Origin: an uncultured Holophagales bacterium
GTDB lineage: Bacteria > Acidobacteriota > Thermoanaerobaculia > Multivoradales > UBA5704
Direction: 5' to 3'
NCBI GenBank assembly: GCA_963842525.1
Contig: CAWJGT010000003.1
Span: forward strand, 928,001-992,000
DNA: 64,000 nt
Shown here: positions 1 through 10,012 of the stretch, piece by piece
Layout: each line of letters starts with the position of its first letter
How positions within the stretch are numbered: position 1 is the stretch's first letter
Notes under the pieces: model-generated
What the model was told of the DNA's origin: nothing
The model's input: the letters and a program-made list of their open reading frames with translations, nothing else
The model's database searches: none
Program-made: the position numbers and the translations under genes

Positions 1-22
1 TGAGAATGCTTGACCGGTTTCT

Positions 23-238
23 GGAAAACCAGCCCCTTGGGGCGGCCGGGATTAGCCCGGGTCTTCAGACCCGGGAAGGGAAGCCACCCTCACCATCCAG
101 CCCCGCCAGGGGCGGCAGGGGCTCGCCGGGCGGATTCCTGTCGCCCCTGGCGGGGCTCCGGGGGTTTTGGGGTGCGCCTGGTTCCCGGGATTGAAATCCC
201 GGGCTAATTCCGGCCGCCCCTGGCGGGGCTGATTTTCC
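23..238. repeat. Nested inverted-repeat (REP/REPIN-like) element
   Basis: Outer arms ggaaaaccagcccc...cccggga (~23-76) and tcccggga...ggggctgattttcc (~184-238) are near reverse complements. Inner pair: cagccccgccaggggcggcagg / cctgtcgcccctggcggggctc. Confidence 0.75.
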
Positions 239-244
239 GTATTC

Positions 245-397
245 TCAGCGACCGAGGCGTGCGAGCAGACGTTCGCGCAGGCCGTGCTGGGGGAATTGGG
301 CCTCGATCTCCCGGCGGATCTCTGCGGCGGCGGCCCGGCGGCTCTCGAGATATTCCTCGACCTCCTGCCGGTGCCGGAGGTAGTAGGTGATCACCGC
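245..397 (-). pseudogene. C-terminal fragment of a DUF433-like antitoxin
   Basis: Minus strand reads AVITYYLRHRQEVEEYLESRRAAAAEIRREIEAQFPQHGLRERLLARLGR*, resembling DUF433 C-termini. There is an in-frame stop and no start shortly upstream. Confidence 0.5.
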
Positions 398-546
398 AGG
401 GCTCTTCAGCCCGGATTGGCCCCGGGAGCGCTGCCCGGCAGATCAGTGAGCGCCGGACTCCGATCGACCGCCGTATTGCCGTCAACCCAACGTCGACCCG
501 AACGCCGTGGGGGGCGGGCGGGACGCCCGCGTTCCCAGGGAAGGCC

Positions 547-731
547 GGGCACCCGCTGCCCTTCCTTGAAGGCGAGCCCGTTAAGGTTGGGCAGTCACTG
601 CCCTTCGTTACGGGGTGACCCGTTAAGGTTGGGCAACCGCTGCCCTTCACTAAGAGGGCACCCGTTAAGGTTGGGCAGTCGCTGCCCTTCGTTAAGAGGT
701 GACCTGTTAAGGTTGGGCAGTCACTGCCCTT
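547..731. repeat. Tandem repeat, 42-bp unit, ~4.4 copies
   Basis: cc(c/t)gttaaggttgggca recurs at 577, 619, 661 and 703. Each unit contains a GGGCA-N5-TGCCC hairpin. Confidence 0.9.
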
Positions 732-790
732 GGTCAGGAATCGGACGGGATTTCGGGGCGCAGAGCTGGATTTCTGGCGGTGGCGCGGCG

Positions 791-973
791 TTAGCCGGTT
801 CGGATCGCGCCACGAGTTGATCGCCCGGCGTCGCTACCGAGCTCCGCCCTTCCGCTCCCAGGGAAAGAACGCCTCGACCGGAATCGAGATCTCCGGCCCA
901 GACGCTCGTACTCCTCACGCGTCCAGCGGTAGAGATCGACATCCGCGATGCCATGGTGCTGAATCACCTCCAA
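791..973 (-). pseudogene. Possible N-terminal remnant of a Uma2-family endonuclease
   Basis: YRWTREEYERL resembles Uma2 N-termini. Similarity ends immediately afterwards. Confidence 0.3.
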
Positions 974-1098
974 AGGCTACCACGATCCCGGAACCGGCGT
1001 CCGTGGCCATCCAACCACCGCTATGATGGTACCGCATCGGGAGAGGCGAAAAAGGATCTCGGGCGAACGGACTATATAGAATGCGAGAGGAGGCTCTG

Positions 1099-2187
1099 AT
1101 GCGACGGACAGCATGGATGGGGCTGATGTTCCTGTTTCTGGTCGTCTCCGCGTTCGCGCGGCAGGCGGAGGTCTCTCTGGCCTTGCGGGGGTTGGACCCG
1201 GTGGAGCTGGTTGCGGGACGGGAGGTTGCGGGCCGCGAGGAGCTCGCCGTCGTCCGCGGGCACTACCGGTATCTCTTCGCCAGCACGGAGAGCCGGGCCG
1301 CATTCAACGCGAGCCCCGAGCGGTACTCGATCCAGTTCGGCGGCGCGTGCCAGAGGATGGGTCCCCTGGGCGGCCTGGGGAGCCCGGACCGGTTCCATCT
1401 CCATGACGGGCGGATCTACATCTTCGCCTCGGATTCCTGCCGCAACAGCTTCAAGAAAGACCCGGTGCGGCATGTCGACCGCGACGATCCGCTGCCCGAG
1501 GGGACGGCCGAGGAAGTGCAGCGGGGCGAGGCGCTCGTCCAGCGCATGCTCGCGGGCCTCGGCGGCGCCGACAAGGTCGACTCCGTGGCGAGCTATCGCG
1601 CGACGGTCAAGAGGGTCGTCCAGGGCAAAGACGGGTCCGTGGAAGGGACCCTCGGGCTGACGGCGGCGTTCCCGGACCGCTTCCGGCGCGACGAGACGTG
1701 GGCACCCTGGACGGGTACGCACGTGGCAGCGCCCGGCGGTGGCTTCATCACCTCCGGCGAGGAGTGGTGGCCGAGCGACGAGTCGGTGCAGGCCTACCTG
1801 GTCCGCGAGCTCCACCGGATGCCCCTCGCCCTGCTGAAGGCGCGCCGCGAGCCCGGGTTCCGGGCCGTGGCTGCCGGGCGTGGCAGGGTGGGGGAGACCG
1901 AGGTGGAGGTCCTGCGCGCCGGCGTGCGGGGCGCGACCACGACCTTGTCGGTGGACCCGGCGACCGGCCGCGTCCTGGAGGTCACCTATCCGGGTCGCAC
2001 CGACGACGGCATCGGGCAGGTGACGAAGAGGTTCTCCGACTTCCGCACCGTGGACGGCGGCCTCGTCCTGCCCTTCCGTGAGGAGATTCTTTACAACGGC
2101 AAGCCGGCTTCGACACCTGTTGACCGGTACGACTCGATTGCGGTCAATTCCCGCATCGATCCGTCGCTCTTCCAGCCGCCCGGGTAG
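1099..2187 (+). CDS. Secreted YHS-domain protein
   Basis: Signal peptide, LRGLDPVEL, YRYLFASTESRAAFNASPERY, second YHS-like motif IYIFASDSCRNSFKKDP. Confidence 0.7.
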   Translation: MRRTAWMGLMFLFLVVSAFARQAEVSLALRGLDPVELVAGREVAGREELAVVRGHYRYLFASTESRAAFNASPERYSIQFGGACQRMGPLGGLGSPDRFHLHDGRIYIFASDSCRNSFKKDPVRHVDRDDPLPEGTAEEVQRGEALVQRMLAGLGGADKVDSVASYRATVKRVVQGKDGSVEGTLGLTAAFPDRFRRDETWAPWTGTHVAAPGGGFITSGEEWWPSDESVQAYLVRELHRMPLALLKARREPGFRAVAAGRGRVGETEVEVLRAGVRGATTTLSVDPATGRVLEVTYPGRTDDGIGQVTKRFSDFRTVDGGLVLPFREEILYNGKPASTPVDRYDSIAVNSRIDPSLFQPPG

Positions 2188-2388
2188 GACGCGCTTGATG
2201 CGGGCGCACGTACCTCCCGAACGATACCCTGGCGCACGGGCCGACGACAGGGGCACCCTGCTCTATCGCCATCCATGGTACCCTAGCGCTCTCGGACGCA
2301 GACTCCTGTAGGATAGTGATGAAGTCTCACGTACGGGCAGGTCCGTATCGTCCGACGGCCGCGCCACAGCGGCGTAAAAGGAGGGTTA

Positions 2389-2628
2389 GTGCCGAACTCA
2401 GATGCATTCGCCCGTCGCCAGCGAGAGCGGGCGCGTAAACAGCAGTCCGAAGAGAAGCGAGTGAAACGGCAGGAGCGGCGGGATCAGAAGAAGCAGACCG
2501 GGGGTGGCTTGCCGGTCGACCCGATGAACGATCCCACGATCGACTGGGCCAACGCGGTGCGCCAGATCCCGATTCCCGACGTTCCCGACGAAGACGCCGG
2601 GGAGGCCGGGGAGAAGACCGAGGGCTGA
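2389..2628 (+). CDS. Small charged hypothetical protein
   Basis: AGGAGG RBS before GTG. Basic N-terminus and acidic C-terminus. Confidence 0.55.
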   Translation: MPNSDAFARRQRERARKQQSEEKRVKRQERRDQKKQTGGGLPVDPMNDPTIDWANAVRQIPIPDVPDEDAGEAGEKTEG

Positions 2629-2838
2629 CGCGAGGCGACTCCCGGGCCGAGGTGTAGAGCCCCATCCGTCGCTCCCCAACCTCGCGGGTCCAACCCCCGG
2701 CGGGGCATCTCCAGTGGTGAAGGAACGTCTACGGCCCGTCGATCTTTTCGTAGTTCTCCTCTCTAGCGGATAGCCTGCGCGGTTTGTCCCGACCCGGTCC
2801 GGGCGATTCCGCGCACCTGGATGTATAGAGGAGGCTCT

Positions 2839-3441
2839 ATGCGCCCAATCGCGGATCTCCAGACCGGAGAGGTCACCGCGCTCCTCGCGGCTTGGCGGGA
2901 CGGCGATCCCCAGGCTCCCGGACGGCTGATGCCTCTCGTCTATGACGAGCTGCGCCGGCTGGCCGCGCGGTCCATGCAGCGCGAGCGGCCCGACCATACG
3001 CTCCAACCCACGGCCCTGGTCCACGAGGCCTATCTGCGCCTCACGGGCGCGTCCGCCCCGCGCTGGCAGGACCGGGTCCACTTCTTCGCCGTCGCGTCGC
3101 AGGTCATGCGGCGCCTGCTGGTCGACCATGCACGGGCCCGCTGTACGGGCAAGCGGGGGAGCGGCGTGCGCGCCCTGCCTCTGGAGACGGTGCTGGAGGT
3201 CGGCGGTCCCTATGGCGGCGGCCCCGAAGGGCTCCTGGCCCTCGACGAGGCGCTGCGGGAGCTCGCGGCGCACGACCCCCGCAAGGCGCGGATCGTCGAG
3301 CTGCGCTTCTTCGGCGGCCTGACGCTCGACGAGACGTCCGAGGCTCTCGGTCTCTCCACGTCGACGGTCACCCTCGAAGCACGGCTCGCCCGCGCGTGGC
3401 TCTATCGCCGCATGCGGGAGGAGATGCCACGCGATTCGTGA
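2839..3441 (+). CDS. ECF-type sigma-70 factor (TIGR02999-like)
   Basis: VTALLAAWRDGD, LMPLVYDELRRLA, HTLQPTALVHEAYLRL, VELRFFGGLT. Confidence 0.9.
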   Translation: MRPIADLQTGEVTALLAAWRDGDPQAPGRLMPLVYDELRRLAARSMQRERPDHTLQPTALVHEAYLRLTGASAPRWQDRVHFFAVASQVMRRLLVDHARARCTGKRGSGVRALPLETVLEVGGPYGGGPEGLLALDEALRELAAHDPRKARIVELRFFGGLTLDETSEALGLSTSTVTLEARLARAWLYRRMREEMPRDS

Positions 3442-3487
3442 GCGGAGGTCTCAGGTTCCAGGCGGGCCTGGTGCTACCATTTCCCCC

Positions 3488-5044
3488 GTGCTGCCGTACC
3501 CGCCTCGAACCGTCCGTATCCCCCAGCCCTTCCGCACTGCGACAAGCCTCCTCTTCCTTCTCGCTCTGAGTCTTGCTTCAGGTCTGGCCTCGGCAGCGGC
3601 CGAGCCTCTTCCCAAGCTGGCGGTGGAGGCGTTCGAGCTGGAGAACGGGATGCGGTTCCTGCTGGTACGCCGGCCGGGGGCTCCGATGGTGGCCACGGGG
3701 TGGGGAGTGCGGGTGGGATCGGGCGACGAGCGGCCCGGGGTGACCGGGATCAGCCACCTGCTCGAGCACCTCATGTTCCAGGGAACCACCCGGATCGGGA
3801 CCCGCAACGCCGGCCGTGAGGGCGACCTGATGGCCCGCCAGGACGAGGTCTGGGACCGCCTGCTTGCCCTCAAGGGACAGCCGCCGTCCACCAACCGGGA
3901 TTCCGAGATGGCCGGGCTTCGGAGCCAGCTCGACAAGCTGCTCGCCGACCAGCGGCCGCTGATCCTGCGGGGAGACCTCTACCGCATCTATCACGAGGCC
4001 GGAGCAGTCGGCATCAACGCGCTCACGGACCGGGATTTCACCGCCTTTTACGGCCAGATCCCGGCCAACAAGCTGGAGCTGTGGTTCTGGATGGAGTCGG
4101 ACCGGCTGCTCGCGCCCGTGTTCCGTGACCTCTACAACGAAGGGCAGGTCGTGGAGGAGGAGCGCCGGCAGCGCCTGGAGTCCACGCCCCTGGGGCCGGC
4201 CCTGGAGCGGCTCGACGCGGCCATCTGGGAAGGGCATCCCTACGCCTGGCCGACCCTGGGGCGGACCGCGGACCTCGCCGCGATGACGCGCGCCAAGGCC
4301 GAGGCGCATTTCGCAGCCTACTACCGGCCCGAGCGCATCACCGCCGCCCTGGTGGGAGACTTCGATCCCGAGCAGGTGAAGGCCCTGGCGCGTGCCTACT
4401 TCGGACGGTTGCCCCGCCGCGGCGAGCGGAGCCGGGAGGCCGCGCCGGCCACCGTCCCGGCCACCGTGCCGGCCCGGGCCGCGGAGCAGAGGATCGCCGA
4501 GTCCTGCGAATGCGCACCCCAGGCCCGGGTGCTCTATCGCACGCCCGCCTTCGGTCACCCGGACACCTATGCCCTGGACGTCCTCGCGGGGCTCCTCTCC
4601 GGCCGGCCGGGCCGGCTCCACCGCGGGCTCGTGCTGGGCCGGGGGACCGCCTTCGCAGCCTTCGCGCTGCACAACGCCTGGCGGCATGGGGGGCTCTTCA
4701 CGGTGCAGCTTGAGGCCAAGGGGAGCACGGCGCCGGACGATCTGGTCGCCGCCTGGGACGAGGAGCTGCGCAAGCTGCGAGCCGGTCCGATCGCCGAGCG
4801 CGAGCTGAAGAAGGTCAAGAACCAGATCCTCACCGACTCCTGGCGCCGGCTCGCCGATCCGCTCGCCCTGGCGCTCAGCCTCGCCACTCTCGACGCCCAG
4901 GGGGACTGGAGCCAGATCAATCGCTGGCCCGAGGCCACCCAGGCCGTGACGGCCGAGGACGTGCGGCGGGTGATCGATGCGTATCTCCGGCCGCAGGGGC
5001 GGACGGTGGCGGTGTTCGCGAGGGCTTCCGGGGGGCGGCCATGA
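3488..5044 (+). CDS. M16 (pitrilysin-family) zinc peptidase, catalytic subunit
   Basis: LENGMR and inverted zinc motif HLLEH (HxxEH). Signal peptide. Confidence 0.9.
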   Translation: MLPYPPRTVRIPQPFRTATSLLFLLALSLASGLASAAAEPLPKLAVEAFELENGMRFLLVRRPGAPMVATGWGVRVGSGDERPGVTGISHLLEHLMFQGTTRIGTRNAGREGDLMARQDEVWDRLLALKGQPPSTNRDSEMAGLRSQLDKLLADQRPLILRGDLYRIYHEAGAVGINALTDRDFTAFYGQIPANKLELWFWMESDRLLAPVFRDLYNEGQVVEEERRQRLESTPLGPALERLDAAIWEGHPYAWPTLGRTADLAAMTRAKAEAHFAAYYRPERITAALVGDFDPEQVKALARAYFGRLPRRGERSREAAPATVPATVPARAAEQRIAESCECAPQARVLYRTPAFGHPDTYALDVLAGLLSGRPGRLHRGLVLGRGTAFAAFALHNAWRHGGLFTVQLEAKGSTAPDDLVAAWDEELRKLRAGPIAERELKKVKNQILTDSWRRLADPLALALSLATLDAQGDWSQINRWPEATQAVTAEDVRRVIDAYLRPQGRTVAVFARASGGRP

Positions 5045-6534
5045 AGGCGCTCCTCCCTCTCCTTGCCTTCCTGGCCGCCACGGCGCCGCAGCCGATCGCG
5101 ATCCCCTACCGCCCCGAGGCTCTGCGTTTCGAGACACTGCGGTTCGAGGTCCCCCGCGCCGAGGCGCACCGGCATCAGCTCTCGAACGGCGTGCCGGTCT
5201 ACGTGGTCGAGGACCACGGCCTGCCGCTCGTGGATGTCGCCCTGGCGGTTCGGGCTGGCGACTGGCTCGATCCCTCGGGCCACGTGGGGCGGGCGTCCTT
5301 CGCCGGGGCCCTGCTGCGGCGGGGCGGCGCGGCTTCGCGGACGTCCGACGAATTCGACGAGCAGGCCGATTTCCTCGGGGCGGAGATCAACAGCGTCGGC
5401 GGCTCGACGCGGAGCGGGGCCACGCTCAACGTGTCCAGCCAGGGCTTCGGGGAGGCGCTCGACCTCTTCTGCGAAATGGTCAAGGCGCCACGCTACGAAG
5501 CGGCACGGGTCGAGACCGCGCGGAGCAATCTCCGCGAGAGCCTGGGACGGCGGGCCGACGATCCCCTGGAGGTGCTCGACCGCGAGTGGCGGCGACTGCT
5601 CTACGGGCCGGACCACTACACGGTCCGCGAGGTCCTGCCGCGGCACGTCGACGCGCTGACGTCCCAGGATCTGGGCGCCTTCCAGCGCGCGGCCTGGCGG
5701 CCGGAGTCGATGGTCGTGGCCGTGTCCGGCGACGTGGCGACCGCGGACGTCCTGGCCCGGCTGGAAAAGTGTTTCGCCGGGTGGCCTGCGGCGTCCGGCC
5801 CCGCTCTGTCCTGGCCGCCCCCGGCCTCGACGCAGGTGCCACGGCCCGGCCTCTATGTCGTCGAGCGCGACATCCCGCAGGCCAAGATGGCGCTTGGACA
5901 CTTCGGGGCGAAGCGGCGGGGCTGGAACGATCCCGACGAATTCCCCCTGCTGCTCTTGAACGAGATCCTCGGCGGCCACGGGAACCGGCTGCTGCGAAAG
6001 CTGCGCGGGGAGATGGGCATCGCCTACGGGGGCCAATCGGCGTTCGAGCTCGGGCTCCATGAGCCGGGGAATTTCCAGATCTTTCTGGAGACCGCGAATG
6101 CCTCGGCGGCGCAGGCCCTCCAGGTCGCCCTGGCCGAGGTGCGGCGCCTGCGCGAGCAGCCCGTTCCCCAGGGCGAGCTCGCCTTTGTCAAGAAGACCCT
6201 GGTCGACAACTTCCCGCTCCTCTTCGACACCGCCTCCAAGGTCGCCGGCCGCTTCGCCGAGGACGAATACCTCGGCCGTCCCCATGACTACTGGCAGGCC
6301 TACCGCGACCGGGTGCAGCGGGTGACCGCGGAGCAGGTCCAGCAGGCGGCCCAGCGCTATCTCCAGCCCGACCGAATGGTGATCGTGGTCGCGGGGCGGT
6401 GGGCCGAGATCCAGCAGGGCGCGGCGGCGGCGGGGGTGAAGCTCGATGCGCTCGCCAAAGGGCCGGTCAACCGGTTGCCGCCGCGCGATCCGGTCACGCT
6501 GGAGCCGGCCTCCGGGGCACGAGACGTGCATTAG
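5041..6534 (+). CDS. M16 peptidase, non-catalytic partner subunit
   Basis: LSNGVPVYVVEDHGLPLV, lacks HxxEH, ATGA overlap with previous gene. Confidence 0.85.
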   Translation: MKALLPLLAFLAATAPQPIAIPYRPEALRFETLRFEVPRAEAHRHQLSNGVPVYVVEDHGLPLVDVALAVRAGDWLDPSGHVGRASFAGALLRRGGAASRTSDEFDEQADFLGAEINSVGGSTRSGATLNVSSQGFGEALDLFCEMVKAPRYEAARVETARSNLRESLGRRADDPLEVLDREWRRLLYGPDHYTVREVLPRHVDALTSQDLGAFQRAAWRPESMVVAVSGDVATADVLARLEKCFAGWPAASGPALSWPPPASTQVPRPGLYVVERDIPQAKMALGHFGAKRRGWNDPDEFPLLLLNEILGGHGNRLLRKLRGEMGIAYGGQSAFELGLHEPGNFQIFLETANASAAQALQVALAEVRRLREQPVPQGELAFVKKTLVDNFPLLFDTASKVAGRFAEDEYLGRPHDYWQAYRDRVQRVTAEQVQQAAQRYLQPDRMVIVVAGRWAEIQQGAAAAGVKLDALAKGPVNRLPPRDPVTLEPASGARDVH

Positions 6535-6596
6535 GTTCAAGCACCGCAAGACCCGGGCCGTATGCCGGGCGCAGAGATCGCCTCGGAGGGGTCCCG

Positions 6597-7514
6597 ATGA
6601 CGCAGGAACGACCGCGAGCCGTCCGCCTGGGGGGAGCCCCGGGCTATGCCCTCACAGTGGACCTGGAGGAGTGGTATCACACCTGTCTGGTCCCGAGCTA
6701 TGTGCACCCCGAGGACCGTCCGGACCTGCCGCAGGAGCTGGACCGGCTCCTGCCCGAGCTGCTGGAGGTCCTGGCCGCACACGGCTGTACGGCCACGTTC
6801 TTCGTGCTGGGCGAGGTGGCGAAGCGGCTGCCGCACCGCGTCCGCGAGATCGCCGCGGCGGGGCACGAAGTGGCGAGCCACGGGTATCTCCATCTGCGCG
6901 CCTGTGAGCGCTCGCTGCGCGATTTTGCTGGCGACCTCCGGAGGTCGAAGGCGCTGCTGGAGGACGTCGTGGGCGAGCAGGTCCTCGGTTTCCGCGCCCC
7001 GGAATGGTCGCTGCGCAGTCTGGACAGCGCCCGTCTCCCGCTGGTGGCCGAGGCCGGCTTCCTCTACGACAGCTCCCTCGCGCCATATCCCTTGTCCGGA
7101 CGGCTGAGCAATCCCCGTTTCGCCTCGCGCCTGGTCTGGGAGGGCACCGTCCGCCGGGACCTGCTGGAGTTTCCACCCCTCACCTTCGGCGGTGTGCTGC
7201 GGCTGCCCGCCGGGAGCTGGACCGGACGGATGGTCCAGCCGTCGACGCTGGCCGATGCGGCCCGGTCGCACCGCGCCGCGGGCGGGCTTCCCGTGGCGGT
7301 GGTGCATCCCTGGGAAATCTCGGGCCGGCCCACGCCAGGCCGGCTGACCGGCGTCGCGCGCTTCGTCCACGAGACCGGCCGGCTCCGCTTTGCCGCGCGC
7401 TTCCACGAGCTGTTGCAAGCGCTTCCCTGGACGACGGTGCAGGCCGCTTCCACCGGCCTGGCGGCCGCGGTCGAGACAGCGCTTCCGCTGCGGGCCGCGC
7501 GCCGGGCAGGCTGA
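6597..7514 (+). CDS. Polysaccharide deacetylase (DUF3473-type)
   Basis: LTVDLEEWYH, ATFFVLGEVA, HEVASHGYLH, GFRAPEWS, YDSS, VHPWE. Confidence 0.85.
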   Translation: MTQERPRAVRLGGAPGYALTVDLEEWYHTCLVPSYVHPEDRPDLPQELDRLLPELLEVLAAHGCTATFFVLGEVAKRLPHRVREIAAAGHEVASHGYLHLRACERSLRDFAGDLRRSKALLEDVVGEQVLGFRAPEWSLRSLDSARLPLVAEAGFLYDSSLAPYPLSGRLSNPRFASRLVWEGTVRRDLLEFPPLTFGGVLRLPAGSWTGRMVQPSTLADAARSHRAAGGLPVAVVHPWEISGRPTPGRLTGVARFVHETGRLRFAARFHELLQALPWTTVQAASTGLAAAVETALPLRAARRAG

Positions 7515-7619
7515 CCGATCCGTTCACCCACAGTCCTGGCTGCTAGGAGACCAGCAGCAGACTTTTCAGGTGCCGTCTTATAGGCTCTGGATTGTGGGGG
7601 AGCGCGGGAGAGAGAGGGT

Positions 7620-7709
<90 letters not shown>

Positions 7710-7738
7710 GCCGGAGATTGTAGGGAGGAGGAGGAGGG

Positions 7739-9985
7739 ATGTCAATCACACTGCCAGGAGCCGAGGCGCCGCTACGGGAGCGCGCTTTTGCCCTGCTCGA
7801 CAAGGCGGGTCGGGCAGGGCTGGACTACGAGGATCTGCTTCGCGAGCTGGGCGGCGAGCCGGACGGGCTGAAGGCGGCCCTCCAGGGGCTCGAGGCCCGG
7901 AGCCGCGCCGTCGAGGTCGAGGGACGGTGGTACGCGGTCGAGCACACGCCGTGGGAGGTGGGGATCGTCGACCAGCTCGAAACGGGGGATGTCCTGCTGC
8001 GGCCGGGGTTTCGCCAGGAGCCGGGGGTCTTCATCCGCCGCCGGCAGCTCAAGGGGGCGCTCCACGGCGACACGGTACTGGTCCGCCTCCTGGGGAGGAA
8101 GGCCAAGGACGACAATTGGAAGCTCCCCGAAGGGGCCGTGCTCAAGATCCTTGCCCGCCGCTTCGAGACCCTGGTCGGCACGCTCGCGGCCGACGGCGAG
8201 GGGCGGCGCTGGCTCGAGCCATACGATGCCAAGCTGCCCGTCGAGTTGGAGGTTCTGGAGGCCGAGCAGGTCCCCGAGAGCCACTACGTCGTTGTGCGGG
8301 TCGAGCGCGGGCCGCAGCCGCTGGGCCACGTCGTCGAAGACCTGGGGAGCCTCGAGACTTCGGGGACGGACGTCAAGGTCGTCCTGCGCCATTACGGCAT
8401 CCCGGAAGACTTCCCGGCCGCCGTGATCGAGGCGGCGGCCTCCCATCCGCCCGATCCGCGGCCCGAGGACTGGGCCGGCCGCGAGGATCTTCGCGACCGC
8501 ACGGTCTTTACGATCGACGGTGTGACCGCCCGGGACTTCGACGACGCGGTCTCGATCGAGCGCCTGCCGAACCGGACCTTCCGCCTGGGAGTCCATATCG
8601 CCGACGTGGCCCACTACGTGCGCGAAGGGGCGCCCATCGACCTGGAGGCCTACCACCGGGGGACCAGCGTCTACTACCCCGAGCGCGCGATCCCCATGCT
8701 GCCGGAGGGGCTCTCGAACGGCCTCTGCTCGCTGCGCCCCGATGTGCCGCGCCTGACCCTCTCGGTCTTCCTGGACCTCGACCGCGACGGCCGCGTCCTC
8801 CACCGCCGTTTCGCCGAGACGGTGATCAAGAGCAGCCGCCGCATGACCTACGACGAGGTGCGCCGCCTCCTGGAGGAGCCGCAGCAGGGTGATTTGAACG
8901 CCTACGGTCCGATCCTCCTGGCCCTGCGGGAGATGGGCTTCCTGATGGATGTCCTCCACAACCAGAGGTTGCGGCGCGGCTCGATCGACTTCGACCTGCC
9001 GGAGGGGAGCGTCGAGCTCGGCACCGATGGGACCGTGGTGGGGATCATCCCGAGCCAGCGGCACGTGGCGCACCGGATCATCGAGGAATTCATGATCGCC
9101 GCCAACGAAGCGGTGGCGCATGAGCTCGAGATGCAGGGCATTCCGGCCCTCTACCGGGTGCACGACCAGCCCGATCCGGACCGGCTGGCCGACCTGCGCG
9201 ACGCGCTGCAACCGCTGGGGATCGATCTGCGGGGCAACTTCGACGCCCTGCACCCCGCGGCGCTCCAGGATGTGCTGAGCCAGATCCAGGGCAAGCCGGT
9301 GGAGGGGTTCGTCTCGTCGCTCGTCCTGCGCACGATGCAGCGCGCCCTCTACAGCCCGGAGTGCCGGGGCCACTATGCCCTCGCCTCGCGCTACTACACC
9401 CACTTCACCTCGCCGATCCGGCGCTACCCGGACCTGGTCGTGCATCGCGCCTTCAAGGCCTTGCTCCACGGCCGGATGGCCGAGCACGCGGCCTCGATGG
9501 CCGACCGGCTGGTGGACATGGGGGAGCACACGAGCCGCACGGAGCGGCGGGCCGAGCAGTCGGAGCGGGACCTCCTGCAATGGAAGAAGGTCCGCTTCCT
9601 GGCGGACCGGGTGGGGGAGACCTTCCGCGGCCGGATCACCGGGGTCCAGCCCTTCGGCCTCTTCGTCCAGCTCGACGAGCTGTACGTCGACGGCCTGGTG
9701 CCGATCCGGACCCTGGGGGACGACTACTACATCTATCACGCCGATTCCCATCATTTGGTGGGGGAGCGGACCCGGCGGGTCTTCCGCCTCGCCGACGCCG
9801 TCGAGGTCGAGCTGACCAGTGTCAACCTGCGCCGCCGGGGCCTGGACTTCAAGATCGTCGGCATGCCCGAGGCAAACGCCCGGCCCGAGTTGCCCCGTCC
9901 CAAGGAACGCACCGCGGACGGGCGGCGGGGGAGGAAGGGGACCGGCGAGGACCGCAGGGAGAAGCGGGAGCGAAAGCGGCGGTAG
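7739..9985 (+). CDS. rnr: Ribonuclease R
   Basis: FTIDGVTARDFDDA, HFTSPIRRYPDL, S1 domain, basic tail. Confidence 0.93.
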   Translation: MSITLPGAEAPLRERAFALLDKAGRAGLDYEDLLRELGGEPDGLKAALQGLEARSRAVEVEGRWYAVEHTPWEVGIVDQLETGDVLLRPGFRQEPGVFIRRRQLKGALHGDTVLVRLLGRKAKDDNWKLPEGAVLKILARRFETLVGTLAADGEGRRWLEPYDAKLPVELEVLEAEQVPESHYVVVRVERGPQPLGHVVEDLGSLETSGTDVKVVLRHYGIPEDFPAAVIEAAASHPPDPRPEDWAGREDLRDRTVFTIDGVTARDFDDAVSIERLPNRTFRLGVHIADVAHYVREGAPIDLEAYHRGTSVYYPERAIPMLPEGLSNGLCSLRPDVPRLTLSVFLDLDRDGRVLHRRFAETVIKSSRRMTYDEVRRLLEEPQQGDLNAYGPILLALREMGFLMDVLHNQRLRRGSIDFDLPEGSVELGTDGTVVGIIPSQRHVAHRIIEEFMIAANEAVAHELEMQGIPALYRVHDQPDPDRLADLRDALQPLGIDLRGNFDALHPAALQDVLSQIQGKPVEGFVSSLVLRTMQRALYSPECRGHYALASRYYTHFTSPIRRYPDLVVHRAFKALLHGRMAEHAASMADRLVDMGEHTSRTERRAEQSERDLLQWKKVRFLADRVGETFRGRITGVQPFGLFVQLDELYVDGLVPIRTLGDDYYIYHADSHHLVGERTRRVFRLADAVEVELTSVNLRRRGLDFKIVGMPEANARPELPRPKERTADGRRGRKGTGEDRREKRERKRR

Positions 9986-10012
9986 GACCGCTCGGATAGA
10001 ATCCCCGGCGTC

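Noticed and set aside
547-731. CRISPR array
   Set aside because: The variable part is only ~12 nt and similar between units.
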